Origin: an uncultured Chloroflexia bacterium
GTDB taxonomy: Bacteria; Chloroflexota; Dehalococcoidia; Dehalococcoidales; Fen-1064
NCBI GenBank assembly: GCA_963754195.1
Contig: CAVWFD010000010.1
Location: forward strand, 47,116-111,115
Length of the DNA: 64,000 nucleotides
Direction: 5' to 3'
The stretch's first letter is position 1, and each line of letters starts with the position of its first letter. A program made the translations under genes and the position numbers. The notes below the pieces were generated by a model that saw only the letters and a list, made by a program, of their open reading frames with translations, ran no database searches and was not told where the DNA came from. Below are positions 17,722 through 28,294 of the stretch, piece by piece.

Positions 17722-18944
17722 TTATTTTTTATCGCCATACCGGGCTTTTCCTTGCGATTAAATGGCCTTTCGATGGTATTGAGAGCTCTTTCAAAAAGTT
17801 TCTGTCCCATTAACCTCGCAATAACATCCGCGTGCCAGTCAAAAGACAATTCCTGGGCCTGACACATTTCCTCCACAATCCCGGTCGATTCCAATAATCC
17901 GAAAACCCGGTCAACCTGGTGGTCGTTAAGCATTTCGTACGCTTTTCTTGCCCAGTAGCCGGTGGTTAGCTCGCGAGCCAGCTTTCTCCGCCAGGCGCGT
18001 TGATAACCAGCTAAATCATCGGCAGAGAGTTTATCTGCCTCCAATGCACGATTCAGAGTATTTGCGGCGATATCAGCACATATCAAACCGAAATAAATGC
18101 CGCCGCCGGTAATGGGTTTGACCTGCCCTGCCGCAGTGCCGACGACCAATAGATTATCGCTATAAGTATGCGGTAATGGTTTCAATGTTATGCCGCCATA
18201 TGAAAGTTTGACATCGGCCGAAATAATTTTATCATCTTGGGCCAGAGCCGCCAGCATTTTTTTAAGATAGAATGCGGCATTTTTCCGGGATAACAGACCG
18301 ACTAATGCCCTGCCCGGTGAAGTAGGCGCTATCCAGGCAAAGAATTCCGGAGCAATTTTACTGCCGAAAAACACCGCCGTTTCTTCTATGTCTTTGGTCT
18401 CTACTTCAGCTTGAGCACCCATCGCAAAATCGCCGGCACCGCCGAGTCCGAATTTATCCAGTAATTGTGTCCCAAAACCGGTAGCAATCACTACCGCCCT
18501 GCTTTGCAAAGTCAGGCTTTCTCCGCGACGGGAAATTTCTAGGCTTACTTTGCCTTTATCGCGCTTAATATCCTCAGCATTATAACCAAATATATATTCC
18601 GCTCCAGCCTGCTGCGCTTTTTCTGCCCAGTATTGATTGAAAGACATGCGATTAAGGACGGCTACCTGCGGTTCATCGCGTTGAACATGAATCGGCTTGC
18701 CGGAAGGTGAATAGAGAGAAGCGCTATTTGCCCAACGGTAAATTACGTTCTCAGGAATAGAATACTTTTCAACACATTCATGGCTGACCAACCCGGTACA
18801 ACAAACGACCCCGTCAAGGTTTTCTTTTTTCTCGATTACCCCGACATCATATCCCATCCCCGCCAATTTACAGGCAACCTGGCTGCCGGACGGTCCCGCG
18901 CCAATAACAAGTACGTCGTAAGACTTACGTTTCTCTGCCATCAT
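17718..18944 (-). CDS. FAD-dependent oxidoreductase, geranylgeranyl reductase family
   Basis: YDVLVIGAGPSGSQVA dinucleotide motif. The start at MMAEKRK was chosen because the longer ORF would run through the clpC terminator. Confidence 0.8.
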   Translation of the reverse strand: MMAEKRKSYDVLVIGAGPSGSQVACKLAGMGYDVGVIEKKENLDGVVCCTGLVSHECVEKYSIPENVIYRWANSASLYSPSGKPIHVQRDEPQVAVLNRMSFNQYWAEKAQQAGAEYIFGYNAEDIKRDKGKVSLEISRRGESLTLQSRAVVIATGFGTQLLDKFGLGGAGDFAMGAQAEVETKDIEETAVFFGSKIAPEFFAWIAPTSPGRALVGLLSRKNAAFYLKKMLAALAQDDKIISADVKLSYGGITLKPLPHTYSDNLLVVGTAAGQVKPITGGGIYFGLICADIAANTLNRALEADKLSADDLAGYQRAWRRKLARELTTGYWARKAYEMLNDHQVDRVFGLLESTGIVEEMCQAQELSFDWHADVIARLMGQKLFERALNTIERPFNRKEKPGMAIKNN

Positions 18945-19041
18945 AACTTGAGATGCAACCCCAATTATTAGCTTAACACGAATTACCTGCTTTAAGCTAA
19001 TGTTAATCTCCCGTGGTTCAACTTGGCCGAATAGAAAACAG

Positions 19042-19078
19042 ACAAAAAAGAATCCCTCTTTTGACAAGAGGGATTCTT
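19042..19078 (-). terminator. rho-independent terminator after clpC
   Basis: On the minus strand, AGAATCCCTCTT-GTCAA-AAGAGGGATTCT is followed by a run of six T. Confidence 0.65.
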
Positions 19079-19108
19079 TCAAAGCTATTCGAATATCCGG
19101 CTAAAAAG

Positions 19109-21544
19109 CTATTTTTTAGTAGTGAAGGTCAATCCTTCATCCCCGGCGTCAACCACAATCATATCGCCTTCTTTAAATTCACCACCCAGGACTTTTATCG
19201 ATAACGGATTCTCAACATATTTCTCTAATGCTCTCCTTAATGGTCTGGCTCCGTATACCGGGTCGTAACCTTCTTTTGCCAGCCAGGATTTGGCTTTTTC
19301 CGTAATTTCCACGCCGAGTTTACGCTCTAATAGACGTTTCTGCAAGTCCTTTGCCAGCAGGTCTACTACCTGCCGAAGCTGTTCTTCGGTCAGTTCGTGG
19401 AAAACAATTATTTCATCCAATCTGTTGAGGAATTCCGGCCGGAAGGTTTTCTTTACCTCGGCCATCACCTTCTCTCTCATATCCTCATAATTGGATTTAT
19501 GTGCTTTGGTCTGGTCTTTTCGACTGGTAAAGCCGATTGCCGACTCCCGTTTTATAAGTTCCACACCGACATTACTGGTCATAATCACCACTGTATTTTT
19601 AAAATCAACTGTACGTCCGTGTCCATCGGTCATCCGGCCATCATCGAGCACTTGCAATAAGCTATTAAACACTTCCGGATTCGCTTTTTCGATTTCATCC
19701 AGAAGAATCACGCGGTAAGGACGTCGCCTGACTGCCTCGGTAAGCTGTCCGCCCTCATCATAACCAACGTACCCCGGAGGTGAGCCTATGAGCCTGGAAA
19801 CGGTATGTTTTTCCTGATACTCGGACATATCCAATCGCACCATCGCATTTTCATCATCGAAGAGGAACCAGGCCAGTGTACGTGCCAGTTCCGTCTTGCC
19901 GACGCCGGTAGGACCCAGGAACAAGAAACTGCCGATGGGTCGCCTGGGATCTTTAAGTCCGGAACGGCTACGGCGAATAGCCTCGGAGATTGCACGCACG
20001 GCTTCTTCCTGGTTGACCAGTCTCTCATGAATCCGCTCTTCCATATGCAATAGTTTCTGAGATTCGCCCTCCAACATTTGAGAGACAGGAATTCCTGTCC
20101 AGTTGGAAATCAATTGGGCGATTTGCTCCTCGGTTACCTCACCGCTGATTTTTTCTTTCTGCAGCCACTTATTTTTAGCTTTATTATATTCATCTTCCAT
20201 GCGCAGGTGTTCCGCCCTGAGTTTGGCCGCTTCTTCATATTGTTGCCGTTGCGAAGCCGCCTCTTCCTCATTCTTCAGGTGATTCACCTTCTTTTCCAGT
20301 TCCTTGACTTCAGGCGGAGCGCTTTCAGTATCGATGCGCAATTTACTCGCGGCTTCATCTATCAGGTCGATTGCCTTATCCGGCAGGAATCTATCGGCAA
20401 TATACCGCTTGCTCAATTTCGCCGCCGCTTCCAGAGCGGCATCGGTAATTTTAACCTTGTGATGAGCCTCATATCGCGGTCGTAGTCCGCGTAACATTTC
20501 TATCGTAATTTCGACCGAAGGCTCGGATAAAAATACCGGCTGCAGCCGTCTTTCCAGAGCCTTGTCTTTTTCAATGAATTTGCGATACTCATCAAGTGTT
20601 GTGGCGCCGATACATTGCAACTCACCGTGCGCCAGCGCCGGTTTCAGCATGTTACTGGCATCGATAGCGCCTTCCGCCGCGCCGGCTCCTACAACAGTAT
20701 GAATTTCATCGATAAAAAGAATGATTTCGCCTTTAGATTGCCGTACCTCATCCATCACCGCTTTAAGACGTTCCTCGAACTCGCCACGGAATTTGGTGCC
20801 AGCCACCATAGCGCCCATATCCAGCGCAATTACTTTGCGTCCTTTTAACGAATTGGGGACATCATCAGTCGCAATTTTCTGCGCCAGGCCTTCGGCAATG
20901 GCGGTTTTACCCACACCGGCTTCACCGACAATTACCGGATTATTTTTAGTACGACGGGTTAAAATTTGCGCGACCCGTTTAATTTCATTTTCCCGACCGA
21001 TAACAGGGTCAAGCTTCCCTTCACGCGCCATTTCGGTCAGATCACGGCCGTATTTTTGCAACGAACGGTATTTACTCTCCGCCCGGGCATCGGTGACACG
21101 ATGTCCGCCCCGGAGCTTCTGAAGAGCCGAATACACTTTTTCTTTATCTACGCCGAATCGCCGTAGAATATTATAAGCTTCGCCACTACCCTCCCCGGCG
21201 ATAGCGACAAAAATATGCTCGGTACTGATAAATTCATCCTGTAGCCGTTTTGCTTCAGCGTCCGACGCATTATATAATGCGATAATCCGCGGCGTGGCGA
21301 AGATTTGCCCCGATGAGTAGGATACCTTAGGCATCCGTTCCAACGCCGCACTAACTTGTAATTTGACATCGTCTACATTGACTTTTAAATCCTTGAGAAT
21401 CTCGCCGACAATGCCTTTTTCCTGCATCAGCAATGCTAAAAGAATATGCTCCACATCCCATTGATTGTGGTTATACTGTTGTACCAGTTGTTGTGAAAGT
21501 TGAATGGCTTCCTGTGCCATTTCTGTAAATCTTTCCTGCCTCAT
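19109..21544 (-). CDS. clpC: ATP-dependent Clp protease ATP-binding subunit ClpC
   Basis: 811 aa, two AAA+ modules ([25 protein letters not shown]), a short UVR-like middle domain ([10 protein letters not shown]) and the ClpP-docking IGF loop (AIGFTS). Confidence 0.9.
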   Translation of the reverse strand: MRQERFTEMAQEAIQLSQQLVQQYNHNQWDVEHILLALLMQEKGIVGEILKDLKVNVDDVKLQVSAALERMPKVSYSSGQIFATPRIIALYNASDAEAKRLQDEFISTEHIFVAIAGEGSGEAYNILRRFGVDKEKVYSALQKLRGGHRVTDARAESKYRSLQKYGRDLTEMAREGKLDPVIGRENEIKRVAQILTRRTKNNPVIVGEAGVGKTAIAEGLAQKIATDDVPNSLKGRKVIALDMGAMVAGTKFRGEFEERLKAVMDEVRQSKGEIILFIDEIHTVVGAGAAEGAIDASNMLKPALAHGELQCIGATTLDEYRKFIEKDKALERRLQPVFLSEPSVEITIEMLRGLRPRYEAHHKVKITDAALEAAAKLSKRYIADRFLPDKAIDLIDEAASKLRIDTESAPPEVKELEKKVNHLKNEEEAASQRQQYEEAAKLRAEHLRMEDEYNKAKNKWLQKEKISGEVTEEQIAQLISNWTGIPVSQMLEGESQKLLHMEERIHERLVNQEEAVRAISEAIRRSRSGLKDPRRPIGSFLFLGPTGVGKTELARTLAWFLFDDENAMVRLDMSEYQEKHTVSRLIGSPPGYVGYDEGGQLTEAVRRRPYRVILLDEIEKANPEVFNSLLQVLDDGRMTDGHGRTVDFKNTVVIMTSNVGVELIKRESAIGFTSRKDQTKAHKSNYEDMREKVMAEVKKTFRPEFLNRLDEIIVFHELTEEQLRQVVDLLAKDLQKRLLERKLGVEITEKAKSWLAKEGYDPVYGARPLRRALEKYVENPLSIKVLGGEFKEGDMIVVDAGDEGLTFTTKK

Positions 21545-21559
21545 TACACACCTCCCCGA

Positions 21560-22405
21560 TTAATGCTTCTCTCCAAAGGCAGCGGTCAGAAACTGAGTAA
21601 TTTTCCCTTTTACTTCAGGGTACTCCCACTGATATTCATGTCCAGGCGTATTGATACAATGAGTAAATTTTACTGGTTTACCCTGCGCTTTATAATTGAA
21701 CCACCGGATAAATGCCTTGAAATACGCCTTAGTGCCTTTCCACAGATCCCGGTGACACATCGGATCACGCATGATACCATTACTGTCGATTGCCAGGTTT
21801 TTTTCTGTTAATTGACGACGCCTCATATGCCCGAAAAACGTCCCTAATTCAATGCTATAGAGACGCTCAGTATTTTCCGATTTCATCATGACCATATTAT
21901 CAAAAGACGCGCCCTGACTGGCGCCGACTAAAACTACACTCAACTTTGGTAAACTCTTTCTGATTAGCGATAATTCTGCCGCCAGCACCTCTGCTCGAGA
22001 ATTTTTCCCAAAGAGGAAAAACTGCCCTTCTTTACACCAGCTTGTCCCCCCCCACAGGGCGTCGCCGCTGCGGAAGTACTGTTTCATAGTGCAACTATAC
22101 CCCAATTTCTCGAGTGTGGCTGTGACCCCGGTCACAATGCTTTTTTCCCACTCTAATAAGCCATCCCAGCGGGTATTTCCCCAGCCTCCCGGACTATGAA
22201 TAATGAGCACACTTTTGCCATCGGCGGCCGAGTACATTTCCTGGAGGTCGTGGGAAAATATTCGCTGTTTTTTCCGGCTGTGCGGGAACAGCTTCGCCGC
22301 TAATTCACCCGCTGCTTCAGTAATCGGCTGGTTTTTCTCCAGGTTTGATTCGTAAATGTTATTAAACGTTTTGGCCTGCTGTTTTAACACGGTGTTGCTC
22401 CCCAT
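21560..22405 (-). CDS. hypothetical protein, possible alpha/beta hydrolase
   Basis: GASQG nucleophile-elbow-like motif and VLIIHSPGGWGN. The start is uncertain; the ORF extends to 22537 and overlaps the upstream gene. Confidence 0.5.
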   Translation of the reverse strand: MGSNTVLKQQAKTFNNIYESNLEKNQPITEAAGELAAKLFPHSRKKQRIFSHDLQEMYSAADGKSVLIIHSPGGWGNTRWDGLLEWEKSIVTGVTATLEKLGYSCTMKQYFRSGDALWGGTSWCKEGQFFLFGKNSRAEVLAAELSLIRKSLPKLSVVLVGASQGASFDNMVMMKSENTERLYSIELGTFFGHMRRRQLTEKNLAIDSNGIMRDPMCHRDLWKGTKAYFKAFIRWFNYKAQGKPVKFTHCINTPGHEYQWEYPEVKGKITQFLTAAFGEKH

Positions 22406-23612
22406 GTGCTCTATCCTTACGCTGTTTGAAAATAGTCTTGCCCCCCCTTTGCCATACCCAGATGTGATGATCGCGTATAATCCAGGCAGCAATAGACTGT
22501 CTCGAAGGATAAGCAATGAACATAGATCCCGCAACACGTTTCATTTCCGCCAGAGCTTTTTCTGCTATTTCCGTGGTAGGCATATGTTCCAGAACATGGC
22601 TGCTGAATACTGCTCCAAATGTATTATCGCCGAATGGAATATCAGTACAGCTGGCCACTATACCACAGGGGTGGCTCCCTAATGCTCTGCGGTCGATGTC
22701 CAGACAGACATCGCCGTTGCCATGTGCCGGCTTATTAAACATTTTGCGGAATGCCTTGACACCCCAGGGCCCCCCGATTACCAGCAATGGCTTGCCGTTT
22801 TTCTTCGCGCATTCCACCGCAGCTTTATATTTACGGTTTTTGTCGCGCATTTCCAGCATCCAGATAATGAGTTGCCAAATACCAATCGCCAGAATGATTC
22901 CCACAATTACCATGACAATAACAAACACCGGTGAATGCATAAAGCCCTCCGTTTGATATTTTGCAATCCATTGCAGCAAAACGTCTGAAAAATAATACCC
23001 TGAGAAAGCCAGAATCGCGCTCCTGAGGAGCAAACCGGAGAAAGAATAAAAGATGAATTTATAGGGCGGATATTTTAAAAGCGCAATCAGAATCGTCATC
23101 GGCAAGTGAATCGGATTCGGAATGAAAGACATCACGAATACGGCCTTTGAACCGATTCTTTTAATCCAATTTGATGCCCTCTCATAAACCTCCGGACTGA
23201 AACGTTGACTTATTTTCTTCGATAAAGTACTGCTGCCTCCGTAACCAATTAAAAAGGTCATGAATTGACCCAGACTGGCAGCAGCTGCAGTGACTAATGC
23301 GACCCAAACTGCTGCCCAGATGCCGTATTGCGGCGCCAGAATGTGCGGCAACCAGAGCGTGACAAGCCAATACGGCATGGCAATAGGGGTAATACTTAAA
23401 GTGCTGCTTGCGACAAAAGCTATTAGAAACATCCCGGCAAGACCATACGCGCTAATGTTGGCAATATTTGTCAGTTGCTTGTTGAAATATATCGCCAGAA
23501 CTCCCAGGGCAATTGTAATTAAGATACCCAGAATGCCGAAGAGGAGTTCTTTTTTTGACCACAACCCCGACTTTATATTCTCGCGACGCATTATACTATC
23601 CTGCCAACTCAC
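22362..23612 (-). CDS. membrane protein: DedA/VTT-like polytopic domain fused to a class I methyltransferase-like domain
   Basis: About 6 TM helices come first. The C-terminal part reads LLVIGGPWG...CLDID...DIPFGDNTFGAVFSSHVLEHM, a Methyltransf_11-like pattern. Confidence 0.6.
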   Translation of the reverse strand: MSWQDSIMRRENIKSGLWSKKELLFGILGILITIALGVLAIYFNKQLTNIANISAYGLAGMFLIAFVASSTLSITPIAMPYWLVTLWLPHILAPQYGIWAAVWVALVTAAAASLGQFMTFLIGYGGSSTLSKKISQRFSPEVYERASNWIKRIGSKAVFVMSFIPNPIHLPMTILIALLKYPPYKFIFYSFSGLLLRSAILAFSGYYFSDVLLQWIAKYQTEGFMHSPVFVIVMVIVGIILAIGIWQLIIWMLEMRDKNRKYKAAVECAKKNGKPLLVIGGPWGVKAFRKMFNKPAHGNGDVCLDIDRRALGSHPCGIVASCTDIPFGDNTFGAVFSSHVLEHMPTTEIAEKALAEMKRVAGSMFIAYPSRQSIAAWIIRDHHIWVWQRGGKTIFKQRKDRAHGEQHRVKTAGQNV

Positions 23613-23658
23613 CCAAACGTAAAGCAGTCACTATTATAGCAACAATCCGCATTTCACC

Positions 23659-24225
23659 TCAAACTACCAGTGAACCCAGAATCTCTAAAAACTGTTTTAA
23701 GATTCTAGCGGTAGCTCCCCAGATCACTCTATCGCCATATTTAAAAGAATAACTGACAACCTCTTTACCGTCGGCTATCTCTATCTCTTCGCTCAGACAA
23801 CCTCTTTGCTGCAGTGCCGCTATCGGAGCTTCAATTAGCTCTTCGGTCTCCCATTTATCCAGTTCGAATTTATAGGGAAATGGAATTAAGCCGACAAAGG
23901 GCGAAATAACATAATTAGTGTAAACGGTCAGCATATCATCCAATTCACCCAACACTTCGACGTCTCTCGGAGCTAAACCGATTTCCTCCTGAGCCTCACG
24001 TAGCGCGGTATTAAGCAAAGACTTATCTGTTTTTTCGTAAGCTCCTCCCGGAAACGATATCTGCCCCTTATGCTCTCTAACCCGCTCTGTTCTTTGTATA
24101 AAGAGCAGGTGATATTGTCCGTTTTTCAGGAAAAGCGGTACCAACACTGCCGATACTCTCGGTTTCGAATCGCTGATGCGATATACCGGACGTTTAGCAA
24201 GCACGCTTCTCAACTTTTCAATCAC
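23659..24225 (-). CDS. NUDIX hydrolase (CoA pyrophosphatase-like)
   Basis: Nudix box GGAYEKTDKSLLNTALREAQEEIGL. Confidence 0.8.
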   Translation of the reverse strand: MIEKLRSVLAKRPVYRISDSKPRVSAVLVPLFLKNGQYHLLFIQRTERVREHKGQISFPGGAYEKTDKSLLNTALREAQEEIGLAPRDVEVLGELDDMLTVYTNYVISPFVGLIPFPYKFELDKWETEELIEAPIAALQQRGCLSEEIEIADGKEVVSYSFKYGDRVIWGATARILKQFLEILGSLVV

Positions 24226-24309
24226 ATTTCTATACTAGCACCGCTTACCAATAGAGACAAATAAGTTTTAAGCACAAATTTCAATTACCGTTGTGTTATA
24301 ATTTTCTAA

Positions 24310-25467
24310 ATGATGGAAAATAGATTAAATCGGCACGTCAAGATTGTCTGTACCCTGGGACCCGCCAGCAACTCACCTGAAATCCTCGAGAAATTGTTGC
24401 AGAGCGGCATGGATGTCGTTCGTTTAAACCTTTCTTACGGTACTCTGGAGGAACATCACCAGACAGTGACCAGAGTACGTTCTATCAGTCAAAAAATGAA
24501 TCTGCCCACCGCAATTCTTTTAGACCTTCCCGGCCGGAAACGCCGCACCGGCGAAGTTAAAGCCGTCTTCGGTGACCAGCTTCAGTTCGCTTCTGATAAT
24601 CAGGTCGATTTTATCGCCCTCTCTTTCATTACTTCCGTCCAGCAGGTTGCAGAAGTAAAATCACTGCTTATTAACATGAAAATCAGCATCCCTATCATTG
24701 TTAAAATAGAGAAAGGCGAGGCTCTTGCGGTCAGTAGTTCCATCATTGATATCGGAGACGGTGTCATGGTTGCCCGCGGTGACCTGGGACTGCAAATCAG
24801 CATCGAGAAAGTGCCTCTTGCCCAGAAAAAGATCATACGCGAAGCTAATGAACGAGGTAAACCGGTCATTACCGCCACGGAAATGCTGGAATCGATGGTA
24901 AAATCACCCTCCCCCACGAGAGCGGAGGCAACCGACGTCGCCAATGCTGTCCTCGATGGGACAGATGCCGTGATGCTCTCTGAAGAAACATCTATCGGCA
25001 AGTACCCCGTTGAAGCAGTCGACATGATGTCGAAAATAATAGATGAAGCCGAGACTGTTTTTCCTCATAATAAAGTATTAAACGAACCCCCGGGGGAATT
25101 TTTAAATGAGATAGATGACGCTACTGCCCGTGCCGCCTGTCAGATTGCTTCCCAGATTGAAGCGAAGGCTATCGTTGCATTAACCGCCGGCGGTGCTACT
25201 GCCTTGCGCGTGGCCAAACACCGTCCCGGTCAACCTATTCTGGCAGTAACTCTCTCGGAAACTGTTATGCGACAGCTTAATCTTGTCTGGGGCGTTTACC
25301 CTATCATAAAATCCTCCCCGACAAATCTGGAAGAATGGCTGGAAGTCGCCCGAATAACAGCACTGGAAACCGGGGTGGCACAATCAGGCGATGCTATTGT
25401 CGTCACGGCTGGTTTACCGTTGGGAATCACAGGTAGCACCAACCTGGTAAAAGTACACAAAGTCTAG
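24310..25467 (+). CDS. pyk: pyruvate kinase, short form lacking the B (lid) domain
   Basis: KIVCTLGP, MVARGDLG and PTRAEATDVANAVLDGTDAVMLS motifs. Only 385 aa, and LLDLPGRKRRTG runs almost directly into DFIALSF. Confidence 0.8.
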   Translation: MMENRLNRHVKIVCTLGPASNSPEILEKLLQSGMDVVRLNLSYGTLEEHHQTVTRVRSISQKMNLPTAILLDLPGRKRRTGEVKAVFGDQLQFASDNQVDFIALSFITSVQQVAEVKSLLINMKISIPIIVKIEKGEALAVSSSIIDIGDGVMVARGDLGLQISIEKVPLAQKKIIREANERGKPVITATEMLESMVKSPSPTRAEATDVANAVLDGTDAVMLSEETSIGKYPVEAVDMMSKIIDEAETVFPHNKVLNEPPGEFLNEIDDATARAACQIASQIEAKAIVALTAGGATALRVAKHRPGQPILAVTLSETVMRQLNLVWGVYPIIKSSPTNLEEWLEVARITALETGVAQSGDAIVVTAGLPLGITGSTNLVKVHKV

Positions 25468-25492
25468 TTATTCATACCTGACAAGACGAGTT

Positions 25493-26800
25493 TTATTCAC
25501 CCAGATATGTTTTCGCCAGTTTTATTAAAAAGTCTGTTTTTAATTTCAGGCTGGCAATATCTATTTTCTCGTTTTTGCCATGTACTGAGTCGGTTAATGC
25601 CTTGTCTATATTCAGAGTCAGCACTTCTATTCCATAGCTAGGAATACCCATCTCCCGTAAATATCGGGAATCGGTAGCACCGGTGCAAACAGTTTGTAAT
25701 ATGGGCGTGTCGCCAACGTATTCTTTCATTGTTTCTTCAATAAGGCGGTAATAGTTATTATCGGAACTGGAGAATGACGGCAAATGATATTGCAACGTCT
25801 CTACTTCCACATCACCCAGGACTTCTTTCAATTCATTAATGACATAGTCCCAACTTTGTCCGGGAAGAATCCTGATATCGATTTGGGCCTCACAACGGTC
25901 TGGTACGATATTCGTTTTCACACCTCCCTGGATTACATCCGGGGAAACGGTCATTCTAGTAACAGCGGCTAGATAAGGCACAATTGTTTTATCGTGTAAT
26001 TTTCGGAGACTATCATCGACATTGCCCTCGTTTATTTCATCGTTAATACCGTCCAAACGGGCAATTGTTTGCAGTAGATTCGTTGTTTCCTGAGTCAGGA
26101 CAACACGCGGTTTGTAATTAGCCAGACCTTCGATAACTTTGGCCATCTTTACCACAGCATTATGCTCGGATACGGGCACTGAGCCATGGGAACTGATACC
26201 TTTTGCAGTCAGTTTCATCCAGGCCGGGCCTTTTTCTCCCACCGATAAGGAATGGTAGTCTTTACCATTCATGCGTAGCGACTCTGCGCCTTCATTTATA
26301 GCAAAATCAGCCCTGATTTTCTCCGGATATTTTTCCGCCAGTACCCCTGCGCCAAGTTCTCCCCCCACTTCTTCATCAGCCGTCGCGGCAAAGATTAGCT
26401 TACCCTTCAGTTTAGTGGTTTGTGCCAGATGAAGGAATGCGCAAGCCTCCGCGGCGGCCAGACCCTTACAATCAATCGCTCCCCGTCCGTATACAAAACC
26501 GTTCTTTATTTCTCCGGAAAAAGGCGGAAAATCCCAGCCCTCCGATGTCGGCACTACATCGGTATGAGAAAAATAAAGGAGTTTTTTGTCGCCATCGCCA
26601 AGGTGGGCAATAAAGCTCGCCCTTCCCGGTTTGGGTTCAATGATTTCACCGGGGATATTGTACAGGTTGAAAAGGCGTTTCAGGTATTCCGCCACCGCAA
26701 TTTCCCCGCCGGGCGGATTCACCGACTGGATTTTTATCAGGCTGGAGAGAATTTCCTCAACCGCCGGACCTATAAATTTTCCTGCTGCTTTCTCATTCAT
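25493..26800 (-). CDS. M20 family metallopeptidase (ArgE/DapE/CPG2-like)
   Basis: HTDVVP and ATADEEVGG metal-binding motifs, 435 aa. Confidence 0.8.
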   Translation of the reverse strand: MNEKAAGKFIGPAVEEILSSLIKIQSVNPPGGEIAVAEYLKRLFNLYNIPGEIIEPKPGRASFIAHLGDGDKKLLYFSHTDVVPTSEGWDFPPFSGEIKNGFVYGRGAIDCKGLAAAEACAFLHLAQTTKLKGKLIFAATADEEVGGELGAGVLAEKYPEKIRADFAINEGAESLRMNGKDYHSLSVGEKGPAWMKLTAKGISSHGSVPVSEHNAVVKMAKVIEGLANYKPRVVLTQETTNLLQTIARLDGINDEINEGNVDDSLRKLHDKTIVPYLAAVTRMTVSPDVIQGGVKTNIVPDRCEAQIDIRILPGQSWDYVINELKEVLGDVEVETLQYHLPSFSSSDNNYYRLIEETMKEYVGDTPILQTVCTGATDSRYLREMGIPSYGIEVLTLNIDKALTDSVHGKNEKIDIASLKLKTDFLIKLAKTYLGE

Positions 26801-27378
26801 TTTAAAATAACTTCCGCCAATCTTTGTCCCGCTTCAAATGCTTTTTGTAAAGTATCCGGTTGTTTCAAAACAGCGCCCTTTTCATCCATTTTTTGGAGGA
26901 GCAGTTCGCCGGCGTACTCAACCTCAAGAACATGAAACCAGGTTTTTACAATTTCTAATGTCGGTTCGAACATATCTTTCATGTGCGTTCCACCGACTGA
27001 AATTAAAAAACCTTTCCGTTTACGTTCTCTACTCAGTGGTGGCATTTTAAGTACATATTTACGCGACCAGAGACACTGGCAACGATCAATCATCGCTTTT
27101 AGATAAGCTGGAGGTCCAGAAAATTGCACCGGTGAAGCCAGAACAATCACATCCGCCTGTTCCAGTTCATCGTAGATCTGCTGCATATCGTCCTGAATCC
27201 GGCATTTACCTGTTTTAAGACAAGCATCACAGTGCTCGCAGGGAGTAATTTTAAGTTTATTGATATAAATGGTCTGTACGTCAGCGCCTTTGCTCACCGC
27301 GCCTTTCAGGAGTTCTGCGAGTAAAAGATCGGTGTTCCCGTTACGGCGCGGACTGCCCGCAATCCCTAATATTTTCAC
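26797..27378 (-). CDS. flavodoxin-like FMN reductase / iron-sulfur flavoprotein
   Basis: KILGIAGSPRRNGNT motif plus Cys cluster CEHCDACLKTGKC. Overlaps the downstream gene by 4 nt. Confidence 0.7.
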   Translation of the reverse strand: MKILGIAGSPRRNGNTDLLLAELLKGAVSKGADVQTIYINKLKITPCEHCDACLKTGKCRIQDDMQQIYDELEQADVIVLASPVQFSGPPAYLKAMIDRCQCLWSRKYVLKMPPLSRERKRKGFLISVGGTHMKDMFEPTLEIVKTWFHVLEVEYAGELLLQKMDEKGAVLKQPDTLQKAFEAGQRLAEVILK

Positions 27379-27383
27379 AGCAG

Positions 27384-27863
27384 TTACTCCTCGATGATTT
27401 TTAAAATGGCTGATTCCCGGCTACGCATTGCTTGCTCGCGCTCCGGGATGTCGTGGTCATAGCCCAGTAAATGGAGGGTACCGTGAATTAGTAAGATTGT
27501 TATTTCCCGTTCGGCAGAATGTCCGCGTTCCTCAGCTTGTCTGGCCGCTGTAGGGTAAGAAATTATTATATCGCCCAAATGCGTTTTACCATCGGGGACA
27601 TTGATAAAAGCAGGCTCGTTTTCAAGCTGTTCATTAATCGGAAATGATAATACGTCGGTCGGCCTATCTTCTTCCAGATATTTTAGGTTCAATTCCTGAA
27701 TTTTCTTATCGCCTGTTATAACCAACCCAACCTCCGACTCTACACCCGCATTTTCGGCTTGTAAAATATGCCGGGTAACACTCTTCAACCGGGTGGATTT
27801 AACCAGTTTCTTAAATTCTTTATCAATTGTAATATTAATTTCCATCTGAGCAAATGATAACAT
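27384..27863 (-). CDS. ybeY: rRNA maturation RNase YbeY
   Basis: HGTLHLLGYDH zinc motif, 159 aa. Confidence 0.9.
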   Translation of the reverse strand: MLSFAQMEINITIDKEFKKLVKSTRLKSVTRHILQAENAGVESEVGLVITGDKKIQELNLKYLEEDRPTDVLSFPINEQLENEPAFINVPDGKTHLGDIIISYPTAARQAEERGHSAEREITILLIHGTLHLLGYDHDIPEREQAMRSRESAILKIIEE

Positions 27864-27994
27864 AGTGGAAGAGAGTGCTCAAACTGTATTCCGCGGGTTA
27901 TTACCGGTAAAATTATTAGACTGGATATTAAAGATTAATAGAATCTTTGTTTATAAACTGGTACAATAAATACTTGTGGCTTTGGTATCACGAT

Positions 27995-28086
27995 GGAGGG
28001 ATCGCATAGTGGTCTAGTGCGGCCGCCTGCTAAGCGGTTGCCCTACGAAAGTGGGGTCGTGGGTTCAAATCCCACTCCCTCCGCCA
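27995..28086 (+). tRNA. tRNA-Ser (GCT)
   Basis: 92 nt, acceptor GGAGGGA/TCCCTCC, anticodon loop CTGCTAA, long variable arm, encoded CCA. Confidence 0.9.
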
Positions 28087-28095
28087 TTTCAACCA

Positions 28096-28118
28096 CTGTC
28101 ATTCCTGTGAAGAAATCC
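28096..28118 (+). repeat. hairpin repeat copy 1 (degenerate)
   Basis: CTGTCATTCCTGTGAAGAAATCC, related to copies 2-4. Confidence 0.6.
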
Positions 28119-28134
28119 TCGTTCACTCCCACCC

Positions 28135-28162
28135 TTGTCATTCCTACGAAGGCAGGAATCCA
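28135..28162 (+). repeat. hairpin repeat copy 2
   Basis: TTGTCATTCCTACGAAGGCAGGAATCCA contains the internal palindrome ATTCCT-N-AGGAAT. Confidence 0.85.
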
Positions 28163-28225
28163 CGTTTCTCATTACTGTACTTTCCGCTATTTCTCTGTTC
28201 TCTGCGGATACATCACCCTCACACC

Positions 28226-28253
28226 TTGTCATCCCTGCGAAGACAGGAATCCA
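28226..28253 (+). repeat. hairpin repeat copy 3
   Basis: TTGTCATCCCTGCGAAGACAGGAATCCA. Confidence 0.85.
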
Positions 28254-28294
28254 TGCTTCTCAAATTCAAAATGCTATAATATCATTCATTAACT

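Noticed and set aside
19290-21166. Numerous 60-135-aa ORFs on the plus strand, and out-of-frame ORFs on the minus strand, within clpC.
   Set aside because: All lie inside the strongly supported 811-aa clpC frame and have low-complexity Ser/Arg/Phe-rich compositions, so they are shadow ORFs. The same reasoning applies to 3794-4360, 6690-7055, 8358-8762, 26420-26935, 42735-43268 and 57101-57478.
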